Virus record (IMG/VR): IMGVR_UViG_2744054987_000003
Span: 64,001 to 128,000 of that record
Source: a virus
Taxonomy: Duplodnaviria > Caudoviricetes
Direction: 5' to 3' (one strand)
Length of the DNA: 64,000 bases
Made by a program: the position numbers and the translations under genes. A model generated the notes under the pieces. The model was not told where the DNA came from, made no database searches, and worked only from the letters and a program-made list of their open reading frames with translations. Positions 36,098 to 46,291 of this stretch are shown here, one piece after another (within the stretch, counting starts at the first letter, position 1; every line of letters starts with the position of its first letter).

Positions 36098-38056
36098 TTA
36101 GTCTCCGGTGTCCGTCCAGGTGGTCACGTTGCCCACGTCTGTGTATTCGGTCAGTGCAGGTTCAGAAGGGAAGATGACGAATGGGTCTGATGCGACGCCG
36201 CGATAGACCCAGTACTTGGTGGCACCTGCCGACGCCTGCCACGTCAACTTCACTGCGATAGGCCCTAGCCAAGCATGGGCGTATACAGCATTGGATGCGA
36301 TGGATTCGCCCGCAGCGTTTACGGCGGTGACGCGATACCAGATGTCGTCGCCTGCCGCACCGACGCCAGGATGCCCGGAGGGAATGGTGACTTCTGAAGC
36401 CCATAGCCATGTGGGTGCAGCCGGAATCGAGGGCGACACAACTGATGAAACCTGGGAGGCAATAGCGGCGGCATCGTTGCCCGCGCTGGTGGCCGCGCCC
36501 ATAGCATTGGACACGTCTGCGCCGAGATTCGGTCCCGAACCAGTCGAAGCGACGTTGGTTGGCGGTATCTGGCCGGGCGTGATCGAGTGTTGAGTGGAAT
36601 TACCGCCTAGGATGTCGTCGATCAACTTCTTGAGGTCGGCCCCGATGTCATCCCAGCCACGCCCGTTGGCAAAAATGACGTCGTTGAACAAGTTCAAGAA
36701 GTCTTGGTTGATGTTGGCGAAGCTCGATGGCAGGACGCTGTTCTGAAGATTCGCTCCCGACGACCAGCCACCCGAACCGAATAGGTCTTGCATGACCGGG
36801 TTCCAGTCACCGGTCTTGATGGCGTCACCGAGATCGGTGGTGAGGTCTTGGATGTAGTTCTGGGGGATGTTCTGCGGGAGTGCAGGAACCTGGATGGTTG
36901 CACCAGACGACCAGCCGCCAGATCCGAACAGGTCTTCCATGACCGGGTTCCAGTCACCTGTTGTTATGGCGTTGCCAAGATCGGTGGTCAAGTCCTGAAT
37001 GTAGTTCTGGGGGATGTTTTGCGGCAGTGCCGGGACTTGGATGGTGGCACCGGATGACCATCCGCCCGAGCCGAACAAGTCCTCCATGACCGGGTTCCAG
37101 TCACCGGTCTTGATGGCGTCACCAAGATCGTCTACCAGGTCGGTGATGTAGTTCTGGGGGATGTTCTGCGGGAGTGCAGGAACCTGGATGGTGCCCCCGC
37201 TAGGAACGCTGGTTGTCCCGTCGCCGAACAGCAGATTCAGCAGTGGCGTCCAGTCGCCGGTGCTAACCAGATCGCTTAGCGCTGTGGTCAGACCGCTGAT
37301 GAAGTCTTGTGGAATGTTGGTCGGCAGTGCGGGCACCTGGATGGTGGAGCCGGAAACGTCGTCGGGGTCGGTGAGCAGACGGTTCTTGAGGTCGACCAGT
37401 TCCTGCTCGTCAGCTTTGGTTGCCAGTGCTGCGATGTCCGCATTGGACAGCGGCTTGTCAGCATCGGAGGTATTGTCCACGTTGCCGAGTCCGATGACAC
37501 TGGAATCGATAACGACATCGCCGGTCTGGCCGCCGACAGACTGCACAGGAGCGGCAGCTGCGGCTCGTGCGTCAGTAAAGTAGAGGTTCTCGGCCCCCTC
37601 GGGGACAGCGTCTGTGTCACCGGGTGTCACCGATGTCCAGTTGGGGTCGTCGGTGGTGCCGGTGTTTTGTTGCAGCGCCCCGCCAGAGCTACGCAACTGC
37701 GACTGTCCAAGCTGAAGCACACCTGAATTGACGTTGACCTGCGCGCCATCGAGTTCTAGTGGACCGCTGGAGCCGACACGGACCTGGCCCTCGCTGACCT
37801 GGGTGTTGAGGTTGGCTGAATTGGCAGGCAGTTTGGAGACCAGCCGGTAGTTCATGCTGTTTTCCAGCGTGACGAACCACTGCTCGCCGACAGCCGGGGT
37901 GACGTGGACGGCTCCGGCGGCATAGTTCAGATCAACCATGATGGTGCTGCCACGTCGTGTCATGGCGGTGGCGGTGCGCTTAACGGTGTCGACCGACGTG
38001 ATGGCCACAGGCTGCGTGGAATTGCCGCCTGACAGACTCGAAGTGCCGTAGGCCAT
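36098..38056 (-). CDS. baseplate spike/minor tail protein with internal 49-aa repeats and FN3-like C-terminus
   Basis: N-terminal OB-like (PAVGEQWFV), GLGNVDNTSDADKP, repeats, YRVTAVNAAGES...LTW...Y.VYRG. Confidence 0.8.
   Translation of the reverse strand: MAYGTSSLSGGNSTQPVAITSVDTVKRTATAMTRRGSTIMVDLNYAAGAVHVTPAVGEQWFVTLENSMNYRLVSKLPANSANLNTQVSEGQVRVGSSGPLELDGAQVNVNSGVLQLGQSQLRSSGGALQQNTGTTDDPNWTSVTPGDTDAVPEGAENLYFTDARAAAAAPVQSVGGQTGDVVIDSSVIGLGNVDNTSDADKPLSNADIAALATKADEQELVDLKNRLLTDPDDVSGSTIQVPALPTNIPQDFISGLTTALSDLVSTGDWTPLLNLLFGDGTTSVPSGGTIQVPALPQNIPQNYITDLVDDLGDAIKTGDWNPVMEDLFGSGGWSSGATIQVPALPQNIPQNYIQDLTTDLGNAITTGDWNPVMEDLFGSGGWSSGATIQVPALPQNIPQNYIQDLTTDLGDAIKTGDWNPVMQDLFGSGGWSSGANLQNSVLPSSFANINQDFLNLFNDVIFANGRGWDDIGADLKKLIDDILGGNSTQHSITPGQIPPTNVASTGSGPNLGADVSNAMGAATSAGNDAAAIASQVSSVVSPSIPAAPTWLWASEVTIPSGHPGVGAAGDDIWYRVTAVNAAGESIASNAVYAHAWLGPIAVKLTWQASAGATKYWVYRGVASDPFVIFPSEPALTEYTDVGNVTTWTDTGD
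36760..37345 (-). repeat. ~147-bp tandem coding repeat, ~4 copies
   Basis: TIQVPALPQNIPQNYIQDLTTDLGDAIKTGDWNPVMEDLFGSGGWSSGA units; anchors near 36886, 37033, 37180 and 37333. Confidence 0.9.
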
Positions 38057-40866
38057 TAGATGCGTCCTTGCTTGAGCAAGTCAACGCCGATCGATCCGGC
38101 ACTCAGTGACGCCGCCGAAGTCGTAGTCTTGGCCATCATGTCGGCAGCGCTCGGGTTTGACGGCGCACAGATCGTCGCCGTGGTGGTGTATCCATGCTCC
38201 ATGTCGATGTCGTGGACGACCCGCGAGACGTAGACCTGAAGTTTGTGGTCGGAGAACACGATCCGCATGCTGGGGAGCAGTTCTGGCAGGAAGGTGAAGC
38301 TCACCGAGGTCTGGTATTGCTGCGCCCACTTCTGCATGAAAATTTGACAGGCCATCATGAACTCCAGCTCGCGGCTGCCAGTCAGGTTGGTGCTGATCTG
38401 ATACGGACGAACACCGTACTTCTGCAACAGCATTTGCCCGGTTAGCGAGGAGTTCTGATCGATGGCGACGTTGCGCAGGCGCTGAAACAGCCACTCGTCC
38501 TCGACCGTGGCCACGCCTGCGCTGGTGATCCATGACGAGACCTGATCCATGTTGCCGACGGTGGTGGTCTGGCCATTGACGTAGACGTGCGTGGTGAGCT
38601 GGTCGTCGGAGATGTCAATGTGGACATCTTTGAGTTCGATGTCTTCGAGTTTCATCACGGCGGGCTTGTGATCTAGCCCGAAGTAGTCGGGGTAGTAGGC
38701 ACAGAAGTCCCCGTTGGGTGCCGACTGGAAGTTGCGCAAGGATGCCTTGCACAGTGATTGCACCATCTGGATCAATGGCTGTGAATCAATAAATTCTTTG
38801 TGCCCGCCAGAGTTCGCGATGAAATCCGCTGTAGGACTCAAGAACTCGCCGGGGTAGTACATGTAGGCGAACAGGTTTCGGGCGATCGGTTCGTCGTGAG
38901 TACCGCCAGTGCCCTGGTCGACGCCGGTGCTGGTGCTGGTGCCCGGCGGCATTCCCGGTCCAAGAGATGAGGGATCAGGGATAGGCAACGATGGGTCAGC
39001 GCCCCCGTTAGCGCATATGTGCAGCACTGCGTCAATTTCGGTGGGCATCGGCACGAACCCGATGGGAATGCCGTAGTCGCTGGCGGCGAAGCAGACACCT
39101 GGCGCGATGTACATGACTACGTGATCGAGACCGTTGGTGATGATCAGGTCACCGCGTTGGATATTGGATGGCGGTACGTGCTGCAGTGTGCTGTACATGG
39201 CCTGCGTCGTGCGTGGCAAGGTGATGCCGCTGGCGCGGTAAGCGAAGACCATCAGGCCCGAACAGTCGAAGGCCGCAGGTCCAGTTGCGCCGTACTGGTA
39301 GGGTTTGCCCGCCTGCGCCAGCGCCAGCATGACAGCGAGTTCGGAGTCAGGCACCGGACGACCGGCCACCGCGCTGACTGATGCTGCGCTGGGAGATTGA
39401 GTTACCTGTTCGACGGCGGCATCGGCCATGTCCGCGAGATTGATGCCTGCTACTCCGGCGACGTTGCTGACGGTTCCACTCAGCGGGTTGCTGGCTATCA
39501 CCTGCGCGGCGGCGTCCGTTGCGCCACGTGCGGCTTTGACGGCATCAGTTGCGGCGGTGACGAAACCGTCGAACAGCACTGACGACCCGGCCTGCAATGC
39601 ACGCTGGATGGCTTCGCCTGGGTCCATGTTGCGCCAGCTGAGCTTCTTGAGCTGTTGGAAGAACAGCGTTGACGCCTGGTAGGGATTCATGCGCTGACCG
39701 GCGCTGCCCCACTGCGCGAAGTTTTGCATCTGGAAGATACCCAGTGCGGTGCCGGTATTGCCGGGGCCGTCGTTGGGGATGTATTGGAGGCTGTCGGGTA
39801 CCGCAGGGTTGGTTCTGTTGAGGATCACACCATTGCCCATGGCCATGGCGGCAGCGACACCGAGGATTGCGCCGTCTTGGTTCCGGGTGGCGCTCTGAAT
39901 GTTCTGCGCGGCCTGGCCGAGCTGTTCCCAGGCAGCCTTCTGATTGCTGTCGCTGCCTAAAGCCGCAGCGTTGCCCTCCTGGCCCAAAGCAGCAGCCTCT
40001 TCGAGAGTTTGTGACGTCTGGAGGTCTAGTGCGACCGGCCCCATGCCCATGTCGTCACATGCTGCGATGATCTGGTTGACGTAGAACGGCATCCCGATGC
40101 CGACCGCGCCGCGCTGCGCTGCACCAGGGTTGTAGCTGGCGTAGTTGGGGTGGCCGATTGCGGTGTCATCGCCAAGCAGTAGGCGTTTGAAGTTGTACAT
40201 CTGCGTTTGGCTGGCTGCGGAGTTCTTGGCGATTTCATCGGCCAGGAAGTTGTAGAACGTGACCGGGAAGTTCGCGATATGAATGTTGGCGGGATTCCAG
40301 TTGCCGACATCCATCATCAACCGGGCCAGCAGCGAGCCGAGACCGCTGTCGTATTGCGGCTGGCCACTGCCTGCACTGCCTGCGGCGAAGTTGGGCTGGG
40401 TGAACAGCGATTGCGAGGCGATGAAGTTGGGATTCCACCAGGTGTGCAGCAGACGCTTGAGTGTGCAGGTGGCCTTGATGGTGATGACGCCCGGATAGAG
40501 TTGGCTGTGTGGCCCAGTGTCGACGTAGCCGGAAAACACCTGCTGCCATTCGAGACGCTTGAGCCAGATTTCGATGCGGTCCATCGGAGAGATGACCTTC
40601 GAGTAGCGTCCGCCCTTGTTGGTCAGCGTCACGAAGGCTGTCGATGCGCTGTTCTCCTCTTTGATGATTCGCGCACGCACGATGTCTGATGAGACGTCGA
40701 TCTGTTCGGCGTTGTGGGCGATCCGCACCTTGATCTCCGGCGCATAGATCAGCGTCTTCATCGGGGGCGGGTTGTATGGATCGATGTCGATCCGCGACGA
40801 GAAGTCGTAAAGCCGACTCTGCTCGGAGGTGTTGGTTGTCGTCGAGTAGGGCAGCGCTCCGGTCAT
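38056..40866 (-). CDS. baseplate hub protein with NlpC/P60 peptidoglycan hydrolase domain
   Basis: gp27/D-like N- and C-terminal parts; GKPYQYGATGPAAFDCSGL...LPRT...GDL...HVVMY. Confidence 0.88.
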   Translation of the reverse strand: MTGALPYSTTTNTSEQSRLYDFSSRIDIDPYNPPPMKTLIYAPEIKVRIAHNAEQIDVSSDIVRARIIKEENSASTAFVTLTNKGGRYSKVISPMDRIEIWLKRLEWQQVFSGYVDTGPHSQLYPGVITIKATCTLKRLLHTWWNPNFIASQSLFTQPNFAAGSAGSGQPQYDSGLGSLLARLMMDVGNWNPANIHIANFPVTFYNFLADEIAKNSAASQTQMYNFKRLLLGDDTAIGHPNYASYNPGAAQRGAVGIGMPFYVNQIIAACDDMGMGPVALDLQTSQTLEEAAALGQEGNAAALGSDSNQKAAWEQLGQAAQNIQSATRNQDGAILGVAAAMAMGNGVILNRTNPAVPDSLQYIPNDGPGNTGTALGIFQMQNFAQWGSAGQRMNPYQASTLFFQQLKKLSWRNMDPGEAIQRALQAGSSVLFDGFVTAATDAVKAARGATDAAAQVIASNPLSGTVSNVAGVAGINLADMADAAVEQVTQSPSAASVSAVAGRPVPDSELAVMLALAQAGKPYQYGATGPAAFDCSGLMVFAYRASGITLPRTTQAMYSTLQHVPPSNIQRGDLIITNGLDHVVMYIAPGVCFAASDYGIPIGFVPMPTEIDAVLHICANGGADPSLPIPDPSSLGPGMPPGTSTSTGVDQGTGGTHDEPIARNLFAYMYYPGEFLSPTADFIANSGGHKEFIDSQPLIQMVQSLCKASLRNFQSAPNGDFCAYYPDYFGLDHKPAVMKLEDIELKDVHIDISDDQLTTHVYVNGQTTTVGNMDQVSSWITSAGVATVEDEWLFQRLRNVAIDQNSSLTGQMLLQKYGVRPYQISTNLTGSRELEFMMACQIFMQKWAQQYQTSVSFTFLPELLPSMRIVFSDHKLQVYVSRVVHDIDMEHGYTTTATICAPSNPSAADMMAKTTTSAASLSAGSIGVDLLKQGRI

Positions 40867-41426
40867 CGAGAGTCCTGTCCTCTCTGCGTGCCGTCATCAC
40901 TGGTGACGTATTGCCCGTCGGTGGGGTGCTGTACGGGGCGCAGGCTCGCCGCAGAGGGAAGATTCATCACGCCGGTTGACCCGTACCCCACGACAGACAG
41001 CCAGGTCGCGCCAACGCTGGCAGCGGCAGCGCCCTGCGAGAAGACTGAATCGATAAGGTCGACCGACAGCTGTGCTCGGGGGGCAGGGTTGAAGCGCATG
41101 CCGCCGCCCTTGAAATTGGTAATCAGCCCGGTCCAGTTGTTGATGTCACGCTCGGGCCACCACAGGGTTACCGCCGCTGTTGTCGTCGGCACCGTCGACA
41201 GCGCGGACAGATGGTGCATTCGCACGAAGGTCTGGAATTGCTGAAATAGCAGTTCGTTGGTGAACTGCAGATCGAACGTCACCTGCGGCTGTTCCTGCTT
41301 GGTGGGGAAGTGCTGTTGCATCCACCTGGTCTGGACACTCGACATGTCGCTGTACAGCAGCGTGGAGATACGTACGCAGTTCAGCTTGAAACTGCCCAGC
41401 GTGCTACTGAGTGTGAGTTGCGACAT
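40863..41426 (-). CDS. tail/baseplate protein
   Basis: 187-aa ORF between the tape measure and hub genes. Confidence 0.7.
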   Translation of the reverse strand: MSQLTLSSTLGSFKLNCVRISTLLYSDMSSVQTRWMQQHFPTKQEQPQVTFDLQFTNELLFQQFQTFVRMHHLSALSTVPTTTAAVTLWWPERDINNWTGLITNFKGGGMRFNPAPRAQLSVDLIDSVFSQGAAAASVGATWLSVVGYGSTGVMNLPSAASLRPVQHPTDGQYVTSDDGTQRGQDSR

Positions 41427-41594
41427 CTACTGCGTCGGCTGCGGCGGTGGGAGTTCCATCTGCATCGGTTCGCTAGACGGGTCGTAGACAAACCCCCACT
41501 GATAGGAGAACATCACACCGCCGAGATTGACCTCGGGGTGCAGGTTAGGGAACTTGACCGGCCAGCTCACGGGAGCATTGCTGACAAACGACAA
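41427..41594 (-). CDS. small hypothetical protein (55 aa, not in track)
   Basis: GAGGAGG RBS, TTG start, MSFVSNAPVSWPVKFP...PQPTQ; its TAG abuts the next ATG. Confidence 0.7.
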   Translation of the reverse strand: MSFVSNAPVSWPVKFPNLHPEVNLGGVMFSYQWGFVYDPSSEPMQMELPPPQPTQ

Positions 41595-41625
41595 CCACCC
41601 ACCTCCTCGCTAGATCCCTCTCCTA

Positions 41626-42192
41626 TTACTGCGCGAAGGCGGCGCTTTCGACGTAGGACTTGAGCTGACTTGCCGCGCTGCCGCTGTTGTAGGGACTCTT
41701 GACGAATCCGATGCCTGCGGCGAGACGACTGAGTTCACTGGAGATCGTGGAAGTGCTTGCCATGCCGGAGACATCTTCTTGGACCTTGAATCTCAGTTCG
41801 ATCTCGCGGGTGGTGGCATTGACCTTGTCCTCGAAAGGCACCGAGAGCGCATATATGCGGAACAGCCAGCCCCGTGTTGTGTAGCTGAAGATGCCAGGAT
41901 TGCCTTTACGCTGATCGCCGATCATGTCGCGCATGAAGTGGATGATCTGGCGCAGGTACGGCCAGCCGCCGCGACCGCACTCGACGGTGACGATGAGATC
42001 CTCGATGCGGCAGCCGAGAACCTGGATGACGCGCCCACCGTAGGTGTTTTCGACTTTGGTCAAGAGCCGATAAGTCCACCAGATTTGGTTGGGGTTGGTG
42101 CGGAACTGAAGTGTGCGCCCCATGTGTTCGATGGTGCAGATCCCTTGCTGGAGACCAGGCGTGATGGGTGTTGCTGCGATCGGAATGGTCAC
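41626..42192 (-). CDS. tail tube initiator-like protein
   Basis: First gene after the tape measure; F..NPN.I.W.Y......TYGG.V pattern. Confidence 0.7.
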   Translation of the reverse strand: MTIPIAATPITPGLQQGICTIEHMGRTLQFRTNPNQIWWTYRLLTKVENTYGGRVIQVLGCRIEDLIVTVECGRGGWPYLRQIIHFMRDMIGDQRKGNPGIFSYTTRGWLFRIYALSVPFEDKVNATTREIELRFKVQEDVSGMASTSTISSELSRLAAGIGFVKSPYNSGSAASQLKSYVESAAFAQ

Positions 42193-42195
42193 GGG

Positions 42196-44451
42196 TCACA
42201 TCCCTGGTGGTGCGTTGTTCGATGTCGCATCGCCCCAGCCAGCGTTGGCTTGCTGCTGGTGTGGGGTGAGTTGTATGGTGTTGCCGCCCTGCGGCTGGAG
42301 GAGTCGCTGCGCTTCTGGCGTCAGTCCCAACAGCACTTGGCCCGAGACCTCCTGCTTGGTCACCATCGGTGTTTGCGCGAGTGTTTGGCCAGAACCTTGT
42401 GTGCCTCGCATCCGCCACTTGTAGTCGCCGCTGGAGAGTTTCTCCATCATCTCCTCATTGCTGGCGTCATATTTAATAGATTTCCCTCGCTCATCAAGGA
42501 TTTCAATATTCCGTTGTCCGTGCTGAGCAATGATGTTGTCCATCATCGGTATGTAATCCATTGAAGCCGCAGATGAAACTGTGTCATTGCGGTGAAGTAT
42601 TCGTCCGCCAGCTTCCGCCCAGCGTCCGGCAACGCGGTTCCCCTTGCCCGTTGCGATGTCCGCGATCGAAGTACCGAGGGTCGCGGTGGCGTCTTTCGCA
42701 GTCGATGCAGTTGCTGCAAGAGCCGAAACAACACCACCGCCAATCGATGAAAAGAAGTTGCGATGGTGGACGGCGGTCTGTTCCTGTTTGGCTTCGTCGA
42801 CCTTCTTCGTCGCCTCGCCCAGCGCATCCTCGCCGCCGATCAGACTGTGGTAAATCTGTGCGGCCTGCTGGTAGTCCATCGGCATACCCATCCGCGATAG
42901 CAGCAGCGAAAACATCTGTATCGCGTTGAGTTCGTCATCGGGGTACTGGTTGTGCGCCTGCTCGGCGAACTTGCGCAGGGCATCTTGTGTAACGCCGAGT
43001 CCGCCATCGGATTCGCGAGCGAACAGCGTGCCCGGAAGCGCCCCGGCGGGAGTTTTCCTACCCGCCATGCCGAAGATCATGGCCTGGCGCGATGGACTTG
43101 ATGCGGCCCAGCCGGTGATGTCACCGAGCTTGCCCTTGATAGCCATGTTGTTGTTCCAGGAGTTGGCCCCGATCATGCCCGCACGCTCGGCCAGTGGAGC
43201 TGAAACGCCTGCGCCTTCCAGCGCGGATGCGGTGCCCATGACTTTTTCCAGCATCTCGGGCTGGCTCATGGCACCGGTTTTGGACAGCTCCTGAATGATG
43301 CCGAGATTGGCTGCCAGTCCAGCCATCGACTGCCCGCCCTCGTTGACCTCTTTCTGCACCATCTTGAACGAGTCGCCGATCGCGATGTTCATCTGCGTGA
43401 GGTTGTGCTTGACGAACTCGGTGACGTCGTCGAACTGCTTGCCCGAGTAGCCCTGGCTCAGTGCGCCCTGGATGATCTGGCGGCTTTGTTCGGTGGAGAT
43501 GAATGGGTTCATGGCCATCATGCGTGTGGCGGCGTCGGCCTCCAGCCCTTCGCCGAATCCGCCGCCGCGAATCGAACCAAGATTGCGGTATCCCTGCGCT
43601 ACCTCACCGCCACGCTGGAACGCCTCATATCCCAGCATGCCCGCACCCAGAACGCCTGCGCCCTTGCCGAGCTTGCCCAGCATTCCGCCCAATGCGTCTC
43701 GATCAGAGGCCCCGGCCATTGCGCCTATCCCCGACAGTGCAGCGCGGCCAATGCCTGCGACCGATCCGCCGACACGCATTTCGTTCATCACCTGGTTGGC
43801 CAACTTGGCACCACGGCCGATGTTTCCCATCGCGTCAAGGGTGTCGGTGGACCCCGGTTCGTGAGTCGCGCCGGGGTTCTCCTCGACTTGCTCGTCGACC
43901 GCGCGCTCGCGTTCGGCCACACGGTTGGCTGTTTCCTGGATCTGTTCGCGGCTCGCCGGAATGTCCTCCGGTCTCAGGTTGCCGCGAGCGCGCTGCATGT
44001 TGAGGTAAGTGTCAGGATCGCGCTGCGATAGGTCGTTGGTCCTGGAATGAAAGTCGCTGCCGGAGGCGCGGGTGCCGGTGCCAGCCACACCGGTGCTAAA
44101 GGGGTCCACATAGCCGTGTGGCACTGAAAGACCGCCTGCGGTGGCAGAACCCGACGCCATGCGTTGTTGTAGCTCAGTGACGCGCTCAAGCTGCGTAACA
44201 AGGTTCTGTTGCGCGGTGGCGGCACGGTTGGCGGCTTCGCTGGTTTGATTGAGGTAGCTGACGAAGTTGTCTTGCGCCCGCCCGGCCGCTTCGGCTCCGA
44301 CTCGGAATCGTTCGATTTCCTGGGTCATTTCGCGTAGCGAGGCGATCCCTTCAGTGGGGACGTCGATGGATAGGCGCGCGGCAACGAAGTCGTCGCCTTG
44401 CGAGAAGCTCGTGCTTCCACCGCCAGCGGTTGTCATTTCCATTCTCCCCAC
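42196..44451 (-). CDS. tape measure protein
   Basis: 751 aa, Ala/Gly-rich and helical; immediately downstream of the frameshifted chaperone. Confidence 0.85.
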   Translation of the reverse strand: MGRMEMTTAGGGSTSFSQGDDFVAARLSIDVPTEGIASLREMTQEIERFRVGAEAAGRAQDNFVSYLNQTSEAANRAATAQQNLVTQLERVTELQQRMASGSATAGGLSVPHGYVDPFSTGVAGTGTRASGSDFHSRTNDLSQRDPDTYLNMQRARGNLRPEDIPASREQIQETANRVAERERAVDEQVEENPGATHEPGSTDTLDAMGNIGRGAKLANQVMNEMRVGGSVAGIGRAALSGIGAMAGASDRDALGGMLGKLGKGAGVLGAGMLGYEAFQRGGEVAQGYRNLGSIRGGGFGEGLEADAATRMMAMNPFISTEQSRQIIQGALSQGYSGKQFDDVTEFVKHNLTQMNIAIGDSFKMVQKEVNEGGQSMAGLAANLGIIQELSKTGAMSQPEMLEKVMGTASALEGAGVSAPLAERAGMIGANSWNNNMAIKGKLGDITGWAASSPSRQAMIFGMAGRKTPAGALPGTLFARESDGGLGVTQDALRKFAEQAHNQYPDDELNAIQMFSLLLSRMGMPMDYQQAAQIYHSLIGGEDALGEATKKVDEAKQEQTAVHHRNFFSSIGGGVVSALAATASTAKDATATLGTSIADIATGKGNRVAGRWAEAGGRILHRNDTVSSAASMDYIPMMDNIIAQHGQRNIEILDERGKSIKYDASNEEMMEKLSSGDYKWRMRGTQGSGQTLAQTPMVTKQEVSGQVLLGLTPEAQRLLQPQGGNTIQLTPHQQQANAGWGDATSNNAPPGM

Positions 44452-45337
44452 AGCGGCTCACCGGGCATACGCACCTCACCGGCCCCGCTCATGGCGCGGC
44501 TGTTCTCGCGCTGTTCGTACCAGCGGTTGATGAGATCGATGTCGTTCACCGGCACCTCCATACTTTCTGCCGAGGGAGGGTCGATGACGCTGTTGAGACT
44601 GCCTTTATAGATCGCTTCCCAGCGCTCGTAGGACATGTTGAAGCACTGCATTTCGAGGTCGTCGCGGCGGGTTTCGTTGTAGACGCGCCGATCCATGTAC
44701 AGCCAGTACAGCAGTGCCCAGTGCTGGAACTGATTGAGGTTAGGCTGATGGAGAATCCCCTGCTCGTGGGCTAGACGTATTTCAACCTCGGAGATGTCGT
44801 CTAGCCGCTGAGTTTTCCCAGTTTTGTCGCCAGCTCCACGAACTCCTGATCCAACGCCATGATCTCGCGATAGATCCTGGTAAGCACCACAGGGTAGTAG
44901 GCCGACAGCGCTGCGACCGTCTTGTCGAAGACCTCGTCGTCGGTCTCGTTCATGCTGAAGGCTTGGTACAGCGGCTTGCCGTCAACGGTTTTGATGCCTG
45001 CGGCACATACACCGAGCTGGAAGGCGCGGTGTTTCATCTCCGAGCCGTCGTGGGCCTTGCAGTACAGGCCGATGCGCAGTTCGTCGGAGACGCGCAGACT
45101 TTGAATGACGACGGTATGCCCCATGACGTCGATGGTCTTGGTGCGCTGCCCGACGGTGAGTAGCTGCGAGAACAGGAGCCGTTCTTCCAGGCTCAGTTCG
45201 GTGACTTCTTCCGGCTCAGGCACCTCGGCGGCATCTTCGGGTGACTGATCCGCGAAGGGGAAGTCTTCCGGTGGAACGAAGCCAGATTCCATCGTGGGAA
45301 CGGGGCCGTAGTTCGGCTCAGGGAACGTCATACTCAT
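44433..45337 (-). CDS. tail assembly chaperone, long form via -1 frameshift
   Basis: G GGA AAA slippery site at 44813-44819; the -1 frame is open (KTQRLDDISEVEIRLAHEQG...) into track ORF 44433-44696. Confidence 0.85.
44801..45337 (-). CDS. tail assembly chaperone, short form
   Basis: Between the tube and tape measure genes; ends LGKLSG*. Confidence 0.85.
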   Translation of the reverse strand: MSMTFPEPNYGPVPTMESGFVPPEDFPFADQSPEDAAEVPEPEEVTELSLEERLLFSQLLTVGQRTKTIDVMGHTVVIQSLRVSDELRIGLYCKAHDGSEMKHRAFQLGVCAAGIKTVDGKPLYQAFSMNETDDEVFDKTVAALSAYYPVVLTRIYREIMALDQEFVELATKLGKLSG

Positions 45338-45738
45338 CGCCCCACAAGGTGTTCTGGGATCATGTTGGGATCAGGCGGCGGACCCCAGTTGTAGCCGGAC
45401 GCTTCGTCTTCGTCCAACTGGTTGTCGTAATCCTCGGCAGCCTGCTCTGCGCGCTCCTGGGCGCTGTTGTCCCAGTCGCGTCGCATCCGATTGAACTCTG
45501 TCTGGGTCCATCCCTCGTAGTCGCCGTCACCGGGGTCGAACTCCGGCTCGGCCGCATCGGGATGCACACCGCCGTAGGCGCTGTCGGGGATCTCGTCGAG
45601 CCGGGGCGCGGCAAAGCGATTCAGTCCGGCGGTGATGCGCGGTCCACGCAGCAAGTCGACGATGACGTCTGGGTCTGGTTGCACGTTGGCGTGACGTTCG
45701 GGCAGCCCGAACTGCTCTGCCTGTGTGGCGATCCTCAT
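45334..45738 (-). CDS. acidic hypothetical protein with shared N-terminal leader
   Basis: MRIATQAEQF...; CAGGAG RBS. Confidence 0.75.
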   Translation of the reverse strand: MRIATQAEQFGLPERHANVQPDPDVIVDLLRGPRITAGLNRFAAPRLDEIPDSAYGGVHPDAAEPEFDPGDGDYEGWTQTEFNRMRRDWDNSAQERAEQAAEDYDNQLDEDEASGYNWGPPPDPNMIPEHLVGR

Positions 45739-45776
45739 GGTGTCTCCTGCCGTTAAGTTTCGTGGGGCTAAACGAT

Positions 45777-46247
45777 TTACACGGGAGTCGTGTATGTGTA
45801 TTGCACAGTGATCGATTTCGGCAGAGTCATCGTCCCGATGTTGATGTTTTCACCCGCATCGATATCCGTGATGACGCATCCGTGATACACAAGCGCACGC
45901 ATCAATCCGCTTGGCGAGGTGACGACTTTCTGCATGGTGACCGCGCCCAGCGCCAGCTGCGTCTGCAGCACTTCGAGCAGGTTGATCGCGCCACCAAAGC
46001 CGGGCAGCTGTTGCCACACCCAGCTGACCCACTGCTCGTAGAACGTCATCCGCAACGTGCCTACGCCCACTGCGGTGGCGGTGACGATCTCCAGCGGCAC
46101 AGGAGAATCGATTGGCTGCACAGCCTGGGCCGTGGCAACAGGTGTGGGTGCGGTGTCCTGAATCACCTGCAGGTACGCAAGGCGCTGGCCTTGGTACAGA
46201 AGGGTGGTCCAACCAGACCCACCGAGCCGTGTAACCGAAGGTGCCAT
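45777..46247 (-). CDS. tail tube protein
   Basis: 156 aa directly after the sheath gene; Y.GC.IT.I...E.I......L...ITVQYT. Confidence 0.85.
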   Translation of the reverse strand: MAPSVTRLGGSGWTTLLYQGQRLAYLQVIQDTAPTPVATAQAVQPIDSPVPLEIVTATAVGVGTLRMTFYEQWVSWVWQQLPGFGGAINLLEVLQTQLALGAVTMQKVVTSPSGLMRALVYHGCVITDIDAGENINIGTMTLPKSITVQYTYTTPV

Positions 46248-46291
46248 CTCTTATCTCTCCTGATCCGGGGTCAGCCCTTGAAAGGTCTTGG

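Noticed and set aside
36098-38056. Diversity-generating retroelement TR/VR pair
   Set aside because: The repeats are in-frame tandem units, differences are not adenine-specific, and there is no reverse transcriptase in the window.
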